Counted from the whole stretch's first letter, positions 1 to 12,703 are shown. The stretch: 62,959 nucleotides of DNA, filler included, from Hyphochytrium catenoides (GCA_900088475.1; 14 parts of 14 records of this genome joined end to end with filler, not necessarily neighbours in it), one strand, 5' to 3'. The notes: generated by a model from the letters alone, not told the origin. A program made the numbers and translations.

Positions 1-546
1 AGGGTCCTCATCATGATCATGACGTGGCTTCGAGGACGACTCAAAACCCAAGGTTCTTATGAGAGGAACCTACTTCTTCTCTTCCCGCCGGTGAGAGAGC
101 TATCATTATCGGCAAAGAGAGCGAGGAGGTATTGATCATCAGAGGAGCAGAGACTCACACCGCTGTTCGTTATTGGAGACGGAGGAGGAGCATCAACAAC
201 GTATCTGACTATCAATCTTGAGGTGGTACGGTAGATGTGCTAACTTTGTTGATGGACAATGTCTCACCCTTCCTTGCTAGTTATGCAACTCCTTCCAACA
301 AGCATTCGTCATTGGTCCTTCTGTGGACAAAGTGACCATAAACAACGGGCGGGAGGCAATGATGTTTCTTCGGGCATGCACAGATAAACCTTGTGCGTGC
401 GTTGTTAACATGTGTCCCTGAAGAGCTGGAAGGACGGTGGTGGTTCCGCAGCATTACTGGCGACATTGCTTACATTTCCAAGGCGCACATCCATCCCATC
501 GTCGGCGCAGCTGCGTCTTTCGTTTTCAAAGTAGTAGATGAATGCG

Positions 547-1135
547 TCATGTCCATGGGACGTGGTCAGTCCCACATCCACAGTTCCCGCCCGCCCTCAG
601 ATGGGCGACACAGCGCTCATGGATCCTCCTCCAGCTGCGAGGAAGGATAAACAGAAGAATAACCAGCGATCTCGCGCTTTTTTTGGCCAGCCGTCGACAC
701 ACAACCACTGTTCCCTTTTTCACACCTTTCGTTGTTCTTCCCCCTGTTCTCTGGTAATAACGCCCACAAACAAGGGGAATGCTGGGGTTGTGTTCTTCTC
801 TGTGTTTTCTCCCACCACCGCCGCCAGCCAGGCGCACAGCAGGCTCAATGCTCATCAGCAGCTCCATCATCCCCGTGTGGCCTTGCTCTTCCTTTCTTCT
901 TGCTGCTGCTGCTGCTGCCAAGTGGAGAAAAGATACGCCTCTCTCCCGCTGACAACAAGGCGTAGTGGAGGATAGAACTACTTTTCTTACCTTCTTCATC
1001 ATCAACTGACTCATCCTTCTTCTTGTGCGTCAAACGTAGCACAGAAGAGCGAGAGAGAAAGAGAGCTCTGGCGTCGTCATTTAGTTCGTCTCGGCCTAGA
1101 AGAAGAAGATAGAAGAAGGTGCTCGTCGCCGCCAC
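547..1135 (-). pseudogene. Decayed ankyrin-repeat gene fragment
   Basis: Minus frame 547-1014 contains RGVSFLHLAA..(AAAARRKEE)..QGHTGMMELLMS, resembling ankyrin GxTPLHLAAxxGHxxxVELLL. An overlapping frame (845-1135) has SSILHYALL. The frames are shifted relative to each other. Confidence 0.45.
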
Positions 1136-1633
1136 GATGATGCCCGGAGAAGACAGACATTATACTTCCCTCCACCGAGGTGTATGAGAAGCAATTCACC
1201 TGTTCAATGTTTGAGGTTGGGGCAAAAGCAGCAGCCTCGTCTTCAGAGTCGCTCTTCTCTTTTTCTAACCACCAGGCCGAGCGATTGTTGATGGGCTGAA
1301 CGCAGTTTGTCCTTCGACTCGCTCGCTCGACGACTGGTCTCCTCCTCCTCCTGTTTCTTGTGCGCGCCTCCAATCTGCCAACGGACGTTGTTATGTTTGA
1401 TACTCTACTAAGATGTTCCTTCTTCTTCGCTAAGTTGCGAAGAAAGGACTGAAGAAGACTTGATCTTCTTCGTCTAACAAACAGGGAGCAGGTGCCAAGG
1501 GCAGAGCTTAAGAATCCGTTGTTCTACAGAAGAGCTCTTCCACCTTACAGATCGGATGCCTCATTAGAGACTGCCGTTCGAGAGCAAGAGAACAAGGATG
1601 ATGACGGAGCTGCCACCACCACGTCCACAGGCC

Positions 1634-1733
1634 NNNNNNNNNNNNNNNNNNNNNNNNNNNNNNNNNNNNNNNNNNNNTTAATTAATTAANNNNNNNNNNN
1701 NNNNNNNNNNNNNNNNNNNNNNNNNNNNNNNNN
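1634..1733. other. Artificial contig-joining spacer (N-run + TTAATTAATTAA + N-run); first of 13
   Basis: The same 100-bp spacer, with stops in all six frames, starts at 1634, 3252, 4753, 8809, 11547, 38283, 39431, 53055, 54669, 56560, 58404, 59887 and 61653. Plain N gaps (13030, 14267, 20255, 24153, 32709, 36309) are within-scaffold gaps. Confidence 0.98.
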
Positions 1734-2449
1734 CACCCATGCAGCGCAGTAGAAATATTGAGCACCTTCGCGCTTTCGCTGCTTACTGCAGAGGATATGG
1801 TACCAACGAGATGCCCAGGACGGCAACACAAAGGCCACCATTCTTTGGAAGCTCAGCGCAGTTCTCTGGCTTCAACATTTCTCCACGCGCGGGCCATTCC
1901 TCTCACCTTGGGCTTCGCGCTCCTAAGACAGGGCCCTAGCCGAATCCGCTCCCACTACTGAGAAGCAGCCCGTAGCCGTGCCAATCCTGCTGCGCTTCTC
2001 GAACTCTATTTCTTGGTACACACCACACCACCAACTCGTATGGAGCCTCACTAATCTGGTCTACTTTTTTCTCCTCAGAAGGTCGGAGTACTGCCTCATG
2101 GGGGCCGAGACCCAGACACTTCCGCGAGAATGGTAGGGCCCAACCAGGCAGGAGGCTCTCCAACTACCACTCCCGAACATTCGCTAGGCCAAGCGCCCAC
2201 ATAACCCACTGCTATAACCACCTAATCTCTGTCCCCCAAGAGCCTCCTCCAGGTTGACCCAGCTATGCGGCAAGGAGAGCTCCCAGGCTAGTTTTGTCAA
2301 GCGCCAGTTTGATCCCCCAGCCAGAGGCATTTCATACATTGCATCCTCTGTCACGTCATTCGTCCAGGTGAGCAGAAAGAAATCCACTAATTTGGTAATA
2401 ATCTTTGCTGAACACTACGCCGGGTACAGCTAGCCTGACAAGTAGACTG

Positions 2450-3251
2450 GAACATACGCAGGCACCTAGTAGGCGTCGACACCAAGAGCAAGAACCAAGT
2501 GGTCTCCGAAGCCGGTACCTAAGGGTGGCATCTAGGCTGGCCCTAAAGCTGGGAATTGGCACACACCTAGTAGGTTAGCACCAGGTGTGGCCCTACTGCC
2601 AGCCTGGACGACAAATTACTCTGACGACTAAAGCTGGTAGTGAGTATGACAGGTAGTTGGCTTCCACATAATACTGCTATGAGGCTTGGCATCGTCTAAG
2701 CTGCTACATGCCGCTTAGTATTAGGGTTTATAACCTAAGCAAGATAGCAACTTAGTGTGGTCTTAAAGGTGGCACCTGGGCCGACACCGAGGCAAGTTGA
2801 CGCTAATAAACCGAGGACAGAAGATCAGCAAATGCTGGTACTAACTATTACGTTGGCCCAAAGGCCGGAGCTAAGAACGGACTGGCACCTACAATTTTTG
2901 TCTAGGCAGCCACCTATCCTGGCACCGGGGCTGACACCAAGGAGGTCAATTAAGCTATATCTGCGACTGCCGGTGATCTGAGGTGCTGGACACCTTGGGG
3001 TGGTAACTAAGCTGGCAATTACTGGTGGCCCACGCCATGCAATCAAGTGGCCTCCTAGGCCAATACCTAGTTACCCTAGTACCGAGATTGAGACGTACGC
3101 TGCAAGTTCGACTAATACTTACTAAGGCTGGCCGCGAGACTGGCATCAATTCCAACACCAAGGCGTATACATCTTGACACCGACAATGGTCTTTTCCGGC
3201 CTACAGCGTCGTAGGCTGGCATCAAGAGTGGTACCTAGGCTGCACCACCTC
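2450..3251. repeat. Degenerate internally repetitive sequence rich in GGCACC/CTAGG
   Basis: Related units: ggcacctagtaggcgtcgacaccaag (2461), gtggcacctgggccgacaccgagg (~2769), ctggcaccggggctgacaccaagg (~2919); also gggtggcatctaggctgg (~2523), gggtggtaactaagctgg (~2998), gagtggtacctaggctgc (~3226). Confidence 0.5.
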
Positions 3252-3497
3252 NNNNNNNNNNNNNNNNNNNNNNNNNNNNNNNNNNNNNNNNNNNNTTAAT
3301 TAATTAANNNNNNNNNNNNNNNNNNNNNNNNNNNNNNNNNNNNNNNNNNNNCAGATCTGAAGCCTTTGCGTTTTGCTTTTCTTTCTTGCAGGGGTGGTGT
3401 GCACAAAGGTTGTAGAGCAGCAGCTGGGTGCCTGGGGCAGTGGGGCAGTGACTTGTGGCGTCGGCGATGCAGAAGGGACAACTACCGCCGCTAATAA

Positions 3498-4043
3498 TCT
3501 ATAAGGGATGGACATGAAAGAGCTCATGGCATTCTCCTGCTGGCCGCTTTTGCCTCTGTCTGGGAGCTCGAACTGACGAAGAACAGCACGCTGATCACGT
3601 GGATGACGGACCTTCATGTTCCCTCTTTAGCAGAAAAGAAGAACAAAGTGGAAGACAGTCGGTCAGAGCGTTGGTGGAAGGAGGGAAGTGCATCCTTGCA
3701 CCTTGAACACCAAGGGAAGCGGCTCCTTGCTTTGGCGAGGAGGAGGAGGTAGTTGTACAGCACAGAGGAGCGAGGAGCACCCCAGAGTGTACGGTAGGAG
3801 CGGGGGAGAGGAGAAGAACCTCTAAGAAATCCAGAGCCACGGCAGCCGTGGTACAAGGGTTTAGGGGGAAAGGCAGGAAGGCGGGCACCGGGGAGAGGAG
3901 GGAAAAAGCCGCTGGCAAGAGCTAACTGCCTAAGAAGGATGACCGTGTCTTACTACGTCCAGTGCTATGGTTTAAGAGACCAATTACTGCTTATGTCCCG
4001 CGTATTGTTTTCGTTGTGGCTGTTCGTGGATTTGTCTATGTGA
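3498..4043 (+). pseudogene. Decayed ORF of unknown origin
   Basis: About 180 codons (HERAHGILLLAAFASVWELELTKN...) interrupted only by two TAGs (3750-3752, 3795-3797). No family recognised. Confidence 0.3.
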
Positions 4044-5115
4044 GGGGGAGGTACAAAAACAGCGGAGGGAGGAGCGAGACAGAGAGAGAGTAAGTGTACC
4101 ATTAGTGGGCGAGAGAGATACGGACGATAGAGAGGATCTTGGAGTGCACTGCTGTTGCTGCTGCTGCTCCTCCTACTGCTGCTGCTGCCCTGCTGCTACT
4201 GGTGCTGTCACGAGCTCTGTCTCCTAACAATAAGGCAAGGTGGAGCTTTGATCATCCCGCTTGGCTCTGGGCTTCCTTGGCCAGTACAAAGGGGTGGGAA
4301 GACTGAAATGACTGGACTGCTCAACAGGGAAACATTGGACATGGGGCGGTACGGGGGAAAGGGCAAAGAAGACGAAGAAGGGAGGTGATGCTGGGGGAGA
4401 AGGTGACGGAAGGAACGAGGTAACTTGATACTTCCCTTCTCGGGGTGCACTAGCAGACAGCTGCCTCCTCAATCAGAACAAGGCTGATCAGAAGCGCACA
4501 GGAATACCTCAAGGCCTTAGATAAAGCTAGGGAAAGAGGATAGAAGTTAGAGCGGCAAGGCCCAAGTTTGCAAGGTGCCAGGCCGCCAGCCATGCAAGGA
4601 CCGATCCAGGACGGCGTGTAAAGCAGAACAGATCTGAGAATATTGGTTTGAGCAGGCCAGCCTCATTACATCGGGGGAAGTCTGCACAAAGAAGGCTTGT
4701 AGCTTCCTTCCTAGGGATGACCCAGGGGAACAAAAGGGCATTGTACAAGCCANNNNNNNNNNNNNNNNNNNNNNNNNNNNNNNNNNNNNNNNNNNNTTAA
4801 TTAATTAANNNNNNNNNNNNNNNNNNNNNNNNNNNNNNNNNNNNNNNNNNNNAGCGGGGGTGCGGGGAGACGGGGATTAGGCCCAAGGAGAGAAAAACTG
4901 GAAGGGTAGGAAGAAATGTCGATACTAGCAACCTTGACAAGGCAAATAGACTGGCACGGTGACAGCTAGCTGGTCTCGCTGAAGCAGAAGCAAAAAGAAA
5001 GAGAGTGAGAGAGGGAGAGGCGAGTGTGGAGAGGAAGAAGAAAGAAAGACAAGAATGCATGGAGAGAAAGAGGGTGGAGGACAGAAGAAGAGAGGAAGAA
5101 AAGAGAGCTACTTAC

Positions 5116-5787
5116 CAGCCTTTGGTGCCAAACTCTTTCTCCATCTTAGCGCGAATGTAGGAAGCCATGGCCGTATACACCTTCCCTGTCTGAGAGAGTG
5201 AGAGGATGAGGATGGGAGCCAGGTTTGGGTCAATTGAAGGAAGCGGCTACGCTGCCGGAGAGGAAGGAAGAGCGGAGGGAAAGCGATAGGAAGAAGTACG
5301 AGGGACAAAGCTGAGTAAGGTCAAGGAATCTGCTCATAGAGAGAGAGGGAAGAGAGAGAGAGAGAGAGTGTGTGTGAGAGAACAATAGCGGGAAAGAGTG
5401 CCCGTGAGAGAGAGGACCAGAAAGCTGATAGGACGACAAAAGAAGAAGATCTGTAGGAGGCCATCGCGACTCTTCCGGCTTTTCCCACTCTCTTCCTCTC
5501 TTTCTCTTCTATGGACCCTCTCTCTGCTCTTTCCCTCTCTCTCTTTCCCTCTTTTCCCCTTCCTCTTGCTGATGATCTCTCTTGCCTGCCTTGTCTGTTT
5601 TTTTTGCTACTAGTAGCTAGTCGCCTACTCTTTCCTCCTCCTCTCTCACCACTGTCTGGCTCTGAAAGGCCTCCTTGGCAATCTGCACCACCGTCTCCAG
5701 CACGTTATCTGCCATATCTTCAGCGTAGACTGTCGTCTTATAGAAGCTGTCTCCGCGCTCTCTGTCGGCTTTCACAAGTTCCGCCAT
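5116..5787 (-). CDS. Dynein light chain, LC8/type-1 family (3' exon missing at the contig end)
   Basis: Exons 5787-5650 and 5189-5116 with a GT-AG intron give MAELVKADRERGDSFYKTTVYAEDMADNVLETVVQIAKEAFQSQTV|TGKVYTAMASYIRAKMEKEFGTKGW. This matches the LC8 pattern DM...A..A...IAAYIKKEFDKKY.PTW. It is not in the ORF track. Confidence 0.85.
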
Positions 5788-5835
5788 TCTTGCTTTTGAC
5801 CTCCCTCTTCTGTTGGCTTACTCTTGCTCTCCGCG

Positions 5836-5894
<59 letters not shown>

Positions 5895-6876
5895 GCTGCC
5901 TGTTATTTTGAAGTTGCTCTCTGAAGGTTGGTTAAGATTCGCTTCTCTCTTCAGTAAGATCACCAGGGGAGCTAGTATAGAAGTCAACTCTCTCTCTGCT
6001 GTCTCTACGTCGCCCCTACAGCAGATGATAGATGATTGAGCTCATCCTCCTCAGGTCCGCGGCGGGCACAGTCAGCTTCAGCGCTAGTGAGAAGAAGAGA
6101 GGGAAGGTTCGAACTCTTATGCTGAAGAGAGATATTGGATGACCTGTGGAGACCTTGGGTTGTGCCTCTTCAGAGGCTGCGCTTCTTTCTCATCAACAGC
6201 TTCCTTTCCTTTCCTTCCTGGGTTTACAGAGTGTCTCTCTCCTTTTCTCTTCGTTTTCTTCTTTTCTCTCTCTCTCTTTCGGGCTCTGTTTCGTCGGTGT
6301 GTGTCTCTCTCCCTGTGGCTGTTGTCTCAGTTAACCCTAGGTTCTTGTGTCTCTGTCTCTATTTTTTGTTTGTCTGTCCCTCCTCTCTTTGTCGTCCTCT
6401 CTCACTCTTTTCTCTCTCTTTCACGAAACGGCATCAATCTGGAGGGACTTACAAGAGGACTGTCCGAATCCACTAAAGTACGAAATCCTCACTTTCAGAC
6501 AAGACTTTATACGGTTTCAATGTTTACTAACCCTTGACCCTCTCGAGTTTTCTACCTATGGAGCTGAAACTTTGCAGATGAGGGTACTTTTTTCACATCC
6601 TCAATCCAGTGAAACAGTTCCCTGTTTAGATTTCAACCCCTATTATTTCCTGAAGAAATGGCCCACTTTTTTTTCACACGCCCCGATCCCGTGAATTTCA
6701 AATTTCGAGGCTAAAACAAGCGAAATCGAACAAGGGAAACATTGCCTTCTGTGCAGCACAACAACAAGACAAGCAAACGGACGAAGTTTCATCGCCATAT
6801 CTTCATTTCCCAGCCGCGACGAAGCCCTCAAAGACCTCATTCTGGAGCGCATCATCGCTTAGACAGGGAGAGCCCT

Positions 6877-7299
6877 ATGTTCAGTGTGAAAGCTCCAAAT
6901 CCTCAGGTCTACTGGGATAGGTCCCGCAATAAGTGGCGAATCCATGTGAAGTTCTATTCTAAACATGGTGTTAAGGGCGTTATGAAGAGGAGCTCATGGT
7001 TCTCATCCGAAAGGGAAGCCACAGCTGCTATACCGGCGTTCATCCAACGTCTTGACCCCAAAGCATTACTAGGAGTGCCCCCGAATGCTGCTGCTCCTCT
7101 GCAGGCACAGCAAGTCGCTGCCACGACTATGATGAAAAAAGCTTCAGCGACTGAGAAGAACGCCTTTAAACGTTTGAAAAGGATCACGAAGTGGAACATC
7201 AAGCTACGTGACTGGCAAACTCACAAGGAACTGAAGGGTATAAGGAAATTGGAGGATTTGAAGCGGCGTACCCAGCTACGCTTAGACGGAGAGTTCTGA
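6877..7299 (+). CDS. AP2-domain protein, probably mobile-element-derived and truncated
   Basis: Intronless. PQVYWDRSRNKWRIHVKF...SWFSSEREATAA resembles AP2 (GVxWDKRRxKWRAxI...GxFxxEEEAAxA). The track's TTG start at 6742 is an alternative. Coding-like sequence continues with stops and frameshifts to about 7700. Confidence 0.6.
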   Translation: MFSVKAPNPQVYWDRSRNKWRIHVKFYSKHGVKGVMKRSSWFSSEREATAAIPAFIQRLDPKALLGVPPNAAAPLQAQQVAATTMMKKASATEKNAFKRLKRITKWNIKLRDWQTHKELKGIRKLEDLKRRTQLRLDGEF

Positions 7300-9574
7300 G
7301 GCATTACGACGTACCTTTCCCCTCCTGCAGAACAGAGGTCATTGGCCTATATCGCAAGAAGGGCCGATGAGCTCTCTGAGCGAGCATTGGTGCTATTTGA
7401 TACAAGCCAGAAATAAAATGGCTAAGCACGTAGAAGAAGGTACGCATAGCCAGCTATTATTGCTATTGTGCATCAGAGACGAGGAGCCACGGGACCTTAA
7501 TGCCTACAATTTGGAAGTTTTTCGGCGCAGAAGAAGGTCTAGCGGGCAATGTTGTAGCAGCAAGAATAGTCCCGGTGCCCGCCACTACCTCTGCCGGCAC
7601 TCTACCTTGTGAACAAGGACGCCTGCCTGCCCTGATAGTATCTTAGCTGACGATGGTTCCCCTCAGAAGGCCCCAAAAAAAGGCGTTCTTAGGTGTCCAG
7701 CTTCTCAGAAGCAGGATAGGCGGCTGACGCGGCAGTGTGTCCTTGTCACCCAACTACTGGTTGCTCTGGGAAGGAAAGGTTCAAGGAAGGCCACCAAAAT
7801 TGAGGAAGCTTACTTAATCTATGGACCTTTCTATAGGGAGTTGATACTTACAATGTCCATATCAACAATGTTGCGATGTGTCTTGCGCTCACGCAGCATC
7901 ATCTCATTCAGTTAGTGTATAGCCATCATCATCATTGCTGTTTCCTCCGCTACTGCTGCTGCTGATCCCGCTGCGGCTCTTGCTTGCGACTGCTCGTAGC
8001 AACAGGTGGTACTGTAAGTGTAATAAGTCTCGTTTAGTCGGCTTTAAAACCTTACAAGAGACGGTTTAGCAGCCTGCTACACTTCCCTTGTCCTCTCTCT
8101 CTCTCTTTGTCTCTCTCTGTCTCTCTCTCGCTCTCTTTGTCCCTCCCCTCATCTTTCCCTTATCTCTTTCGCTCTCTGGTGACTCTTCGTTCGTGATGGC
8201 AACTTCTTTCCTCCACTGAGATCAAGGACAACATGCTGCTGCTGGCGGCTCAGCTGATTATTGCGGTTGTTGTCTCTTCCATCCAATGGAGACGACAAGG
8301 TTAATGTTTCAACAAGGTGGATGGCCCGCACCCAGTGGCAGCAGGCGTTGATGATAGGGAAAACTGTTGTTTGGAAGAAGGGAGGAAGAGGACAAAAAAA
8401 AAAAAGCAACAAGGAAGAGAGAGAGTAGATAGCAAGGAAGGGATAGTAGCAGGTGGTGGCAGAGACATTACTGATAGATCGGGCAAGCGGGAAGAAAAGA
8501 AGGTAACTTTGATGCAACAAACAGCCGCCATCATAGTGCATGCTCAAATCAGCACCACCACGCGGGTTAGCAAGGCAAGAAGTAGAGACGGACGGGAACA
8601 TAGCGACGACACCACGAGCGAGAGAACCAATGCCACCAAGAAAGAAACCAATAAGAGAAAGGTTCCTATTATGTTCTAGCGACAGAGGATGCTATAGTTG
8701 ACAGCGTCATCAGCGGTCGTCAGAGGACGAGAGAGCCCGCGCCATGACAATGACAACGTCACTTGGCAAAGAGAAACCTTCTTTTCTGACTTTCTCTTTC
8801 TCTCCTCCNNNNNNNNNNNNNNNNNNNNNNNNNNNNNNNNNNNNNNNNNNNNTTAATTAATTAANNNNNNNNNNNNNNNNNNNNNNNNNNNNNNNNNNNN
8901 NNNNNNNNTCTCCTCTTCTCCTCCGATGAAGCTCTACCAATCTCTGCAGACAAAGCTTTCTCTACTGAAATTCCTTGTCTAGCTGGTCGCCCTGCAATCT
9001 CTGCTGGTGCTGTTCAGGCGTGGAAAGATGTGCACTGACGGTCAGAGAAGCGCAAAGAAGAGATCGACAAAAGCTTCAAAAAGTGCCTTCCCGGCGCGCC
9101 GCCCACCGCCCAAAAATGCCTTGACACAAGATCCAGATAGCCGTTAACCGCCTACTGGAGCTGGTCGTACTACTATACGATCTAGGGCTTGTACTAATAT
9201 CAGGGTAATATTACTACTGCACGGTTGGAGGTATGTTCAACAGGCCAACTGACGCAAAATGTGTCAATGGCGGCTTCAACTTGGGAAAAGGGAATCTTGC
9301 CCGTTTGTTCTTTCCGAAGAGATGAGAACGGCGATATTTCGCAATTCTGAAGCCATAATTTACAGTGTAGATCGTTTCAAGTCTGAGAGGATGTTCCGAT
9401 TCCAGATTCCGTGTAACTAGCCTTCATTATTCCAAGATAATATAAAGATAGGAAAAGTAAATATACGCCAATCTTGGCTATTTGCAATATTTTGGCGTCA
9501 AATATCCACACTGCTAGGATCTTTATCGTGAATTGACCAAGAAAGTGAGCCTCCAAGAGATCTCCGTAACAGGA

Positions 9575-9755
9575 GGAGAGGAGAGAAAGAGAGAGAGAGA
9601 CAGAGAGAGAGACAGAGAGAGACAGAGAGACAGTGAGACAGAGAGACAGAGAGAGAGACAGAGAGACAGAGAGAGACAGAGATAAGCAGGGAGAGAGAGA
9701 GAGAGAGAGAGATAAGCAGGGAGAGAGAGAGAGAGAGACACAGAGAGAGAGAGAC

Positions 9756-9830
<75 letters not shown>
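9575..9830. repeat. (GA)n/(GAGACA)n compound microsatellite, representative of dozens in the window
   Basis: Directly visible; includes a duplicated gataagcagggagagag unit. Confidence 0.95.
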
Positions 9831-9833
<3 letters not shown>

Positions 9834-11646
9834 GAAGCTGGCGTCATGTGCTCAGGGCTCATCAGAGCTGTGCTCAGCATCATAGGAGGTTGTGACGGTT
9901 CTTATCTTCAGAACAGCTGCCTGTTGACCTTCAGATAGGAAACCCGACCTGCTTCCTTCGCTAAGAGCAGAGCACCGACGATGCTCAGCTGCTTATCGAG
10001 CTCATCAGCTCAGCAGGCGCGCACCTCAGCAGGAATGGAAGACAACATAAGGTCTGGGATCTGCCCTGACCTACTGGCCCATCGCGCAATCCGTCAACAT
10101 CGCCGATCGCCTGGACCTTCGTCTCATCTCTAGGAACCTTCCTGCACAACTCTGAGAAGAAGGCCGCTGAAAGCAACTGAGAGAAAGGTGTCATCAATCG
10201 GTCTCCGCCATGGGGCCAGTTGGTCAGAAGCAGATCCCAGACCCTAAAGGCTTGTGCTACATCCTGACGTGCGGGCGGCCCTGACGAGGTTGATAAGCCC
10301 TGGACTACTGGCGATGCTCTTGCGAAGTCGCAGTCGTGGTTTCTATTTTCAAAGAGCTGCCTTCAACTCGGACCTTGCACTAAGCAGTGAAAGTGACGAG
10401 GTTGGCTCATGACGATGATAAGCAGATATGCGGCTCCGACTTCCTTGTTTGCTGCACCACTTTCCCTCGAAGGCACAGCTTGGAAAGGCCTGGGAAGGGT
10501 GAGAGGGATGGACGGATGACCCCAGAGTACTTTGAACCTAAAGCGTGCTCGACTTCTGGTGGAGCTCTTTCCCCGCCCATGATAAGGCCTTCTCCAAGAA
10601 GATCAGATATGGCAGAGCCCTGGGACGTGAGAGCAGAGGCACTAGACGATAAGGTGATTGACAGACATCAGCAGAAGCCGCTAATAGAGATCCTATAGTC
10701 CCACTACGCTTACCATCCCCAGGCACCTGTGACCCGTAAAGAGCAGCGGAGATGACGGGATCACCGAACCGCCGACAGAGTAGATTGGGAGAAGGGCCTC
10801 CTCAACAGGTAGCGCAGCAACAGAGGACAGAAGCACGACGGATGATGGAGGGAGAAGACCTAGAGTGACCAGGGAGAAGAGCCACACGACAGACTGCTCG
10901 TCCACGAGGGCAGCCAACAACCGCGGGCAGCGACAAGAGGGACACACATTTTATTAAAAGCAAAGGCGCATCCCTAGAGGAATCTCATGCTCCAGTAGAA
11001 GGCTCAAACAGCCAAGAGAGAGAAGAGCGATGAATGGAGAGAAGAAAGATTAGCGGGACCCCATCTGAAGCTGATGCACCATAAAATGCCTACTAGCTTA
11101 ACTGGAGGCCTCACCGCCGGTTCAGCCATGAATAGGAGTAATAACAAGGCCTCTTCTTGCTGTCTTGATGGTTCTGGGCCGCTTCCTGCGTCGTTGCTTT
11201 CTGACCTCCCATCATGGTAAGCCCTTTGCCCTTGCTATCGTGGCAATTCAACGCGATCGCCAATAAGCTGAGAAAGAAATAACAGGCCACCAGAAAGAGA
11301 CAGAGAGAGAGAGAGAGGAGAGCTAACAAAGTCAGAGAGAGAAGGCGTTGTTGCTGCAAACATCAAGGTTCTGGGATACTCTGCTATTATCCAGTTTATG
11401 AAAAGGGCTGAGTGAAAGGAAAGGCACCATCTCTTCTCCTTCTTTTTGCCTCTCTGCCCTTCTCTATCTCAGAGCTGAGTGGCGGTGTAGGGGAGAGGAA
11501 TCTCTTTGGAGGTGAGAGATAGGCAAGTATCTTCAATGAAAAACCTNNNNNNNNNNNNNNNNNNNNNNNNNNNNNNNNNNNNNNNNNNNNTTAATTAATT
11601 AANNNNNNNNNNNNNNNNNNNNNNNNNNNNNNNNNNNNNNNNNNNN

Positions 11647-11691
<45 letters not shown>

Positions 11692-12068
11692 TGAGAAGAG
11701 AAAGAGGGAAATGTGTGTGAGAAGATGGACGAAAGGGAAGAGAGAACACATTCGAGAGAGAGAGAGAAAGAGAGACACACAATGAGAGTGGGAGAGAGAG
11801 AGAAGGAGAGCGAGAAAGAGATATAGGTTATCAAAGATCTAGAGAAAGGGAGAACAGTGAAGTGAAGTCAGAAAGAGAGAGAGAACAAAGGAAAGCAGAG
11901 AGCACGCACACGCGCGCGAGAGAGAGAGACACGGTGTGGAAGGGAGAGAGAGTGAGAGAAAAGTGAAGGAGCGGAGGACAGCGGAGCGGAGGACGGCAGA
12001 GCGGGAAAGAGAAAAAAGGAAATAAAAAAGAGAGAGAGAGAGAGAGAGAGGTGACGGCGATCACGCAC

Positions 12069-12672
12069 CGAGCCTGTAGGTCCTACTGTCATCTGTTGAT
12101 GGGCTCCATAGGCGGGAGAGAGATGAGGAGAGAGACCTGAGGAGGGAGGAGGAAGAGGATGATAGGACGCTGCCTGCCATCCATAGTCTTTCTCTCTCTC
12201 CCCTCCTGCTCCACCAGGGTAGAACTGTCTCTGAACGGCAGGAGAGAGATGGTGATGGAGAGGTGGCTGTGGATGAGCGGAGAGAGAGGGAGAAGAGAGA
12301 GAAGAGGGAGGACGGACTTGTGAAGGGAAGAGAGAGAGATCTCCACCGGGGAGAGAAGAGGGAGGAAGACGCTGCCCCCCGTTCATCATCATCAGATGAT
12401 GGTGGAGACCTAGGAGAGCACCTCCTCCGCCCCCTCCTCCTAGTGCCGGAGTGGCACTCTCTCTTTCTCTCTCTCTCTCTCCCTCTCCTCCAGGAGGTAC
12501 AAATGTATGGCCTCTGTATGGCGCGATGGAGATTGTCTCTCTCTTTGCGAAAGAGATGTTGCTCCTCCACTGCGAATGCTTGGACAGAGCGCTCTTAGCG
12601 TTCTCCGCCTCCTCGACCGTCGTGAAGTTGACAAAGGCAAACCTGGGGAAGAGCCCAAGGGAGGAAAGAGCA

Positions 12673-12703
<31 letters not shown>

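Noticed and set aside
1678-1689. Recurrent TTAATTAATTAA as a biological repeat or CRISPR-like direct repeat
   Set aside because: It is always centred in a 100-bp N spacer, so it is an assembly concatenation linker. Gene neighbourhoods across it are not real.
6100-6120. GGTTCGAAC resembling a tRNA T-loop/B-box
   Set aside because: No acceptor, D or anticodon stems can be formed. No tRNA or rRNA was recognised anywhere in the window.
9377-9938. Long SLSLSL/RERERE ORFs here and throughout the ORF track
   Set aside because: They are stop-free translations of (CT)n/(GA)n microsatellite, mostly intronic or intergenic.
9830-11100. Retroelement gag/pol remnant
   Set aside because: There is coding-like texture on the minus strand but no RT, protease, integrase or zinc-knuckle motif.
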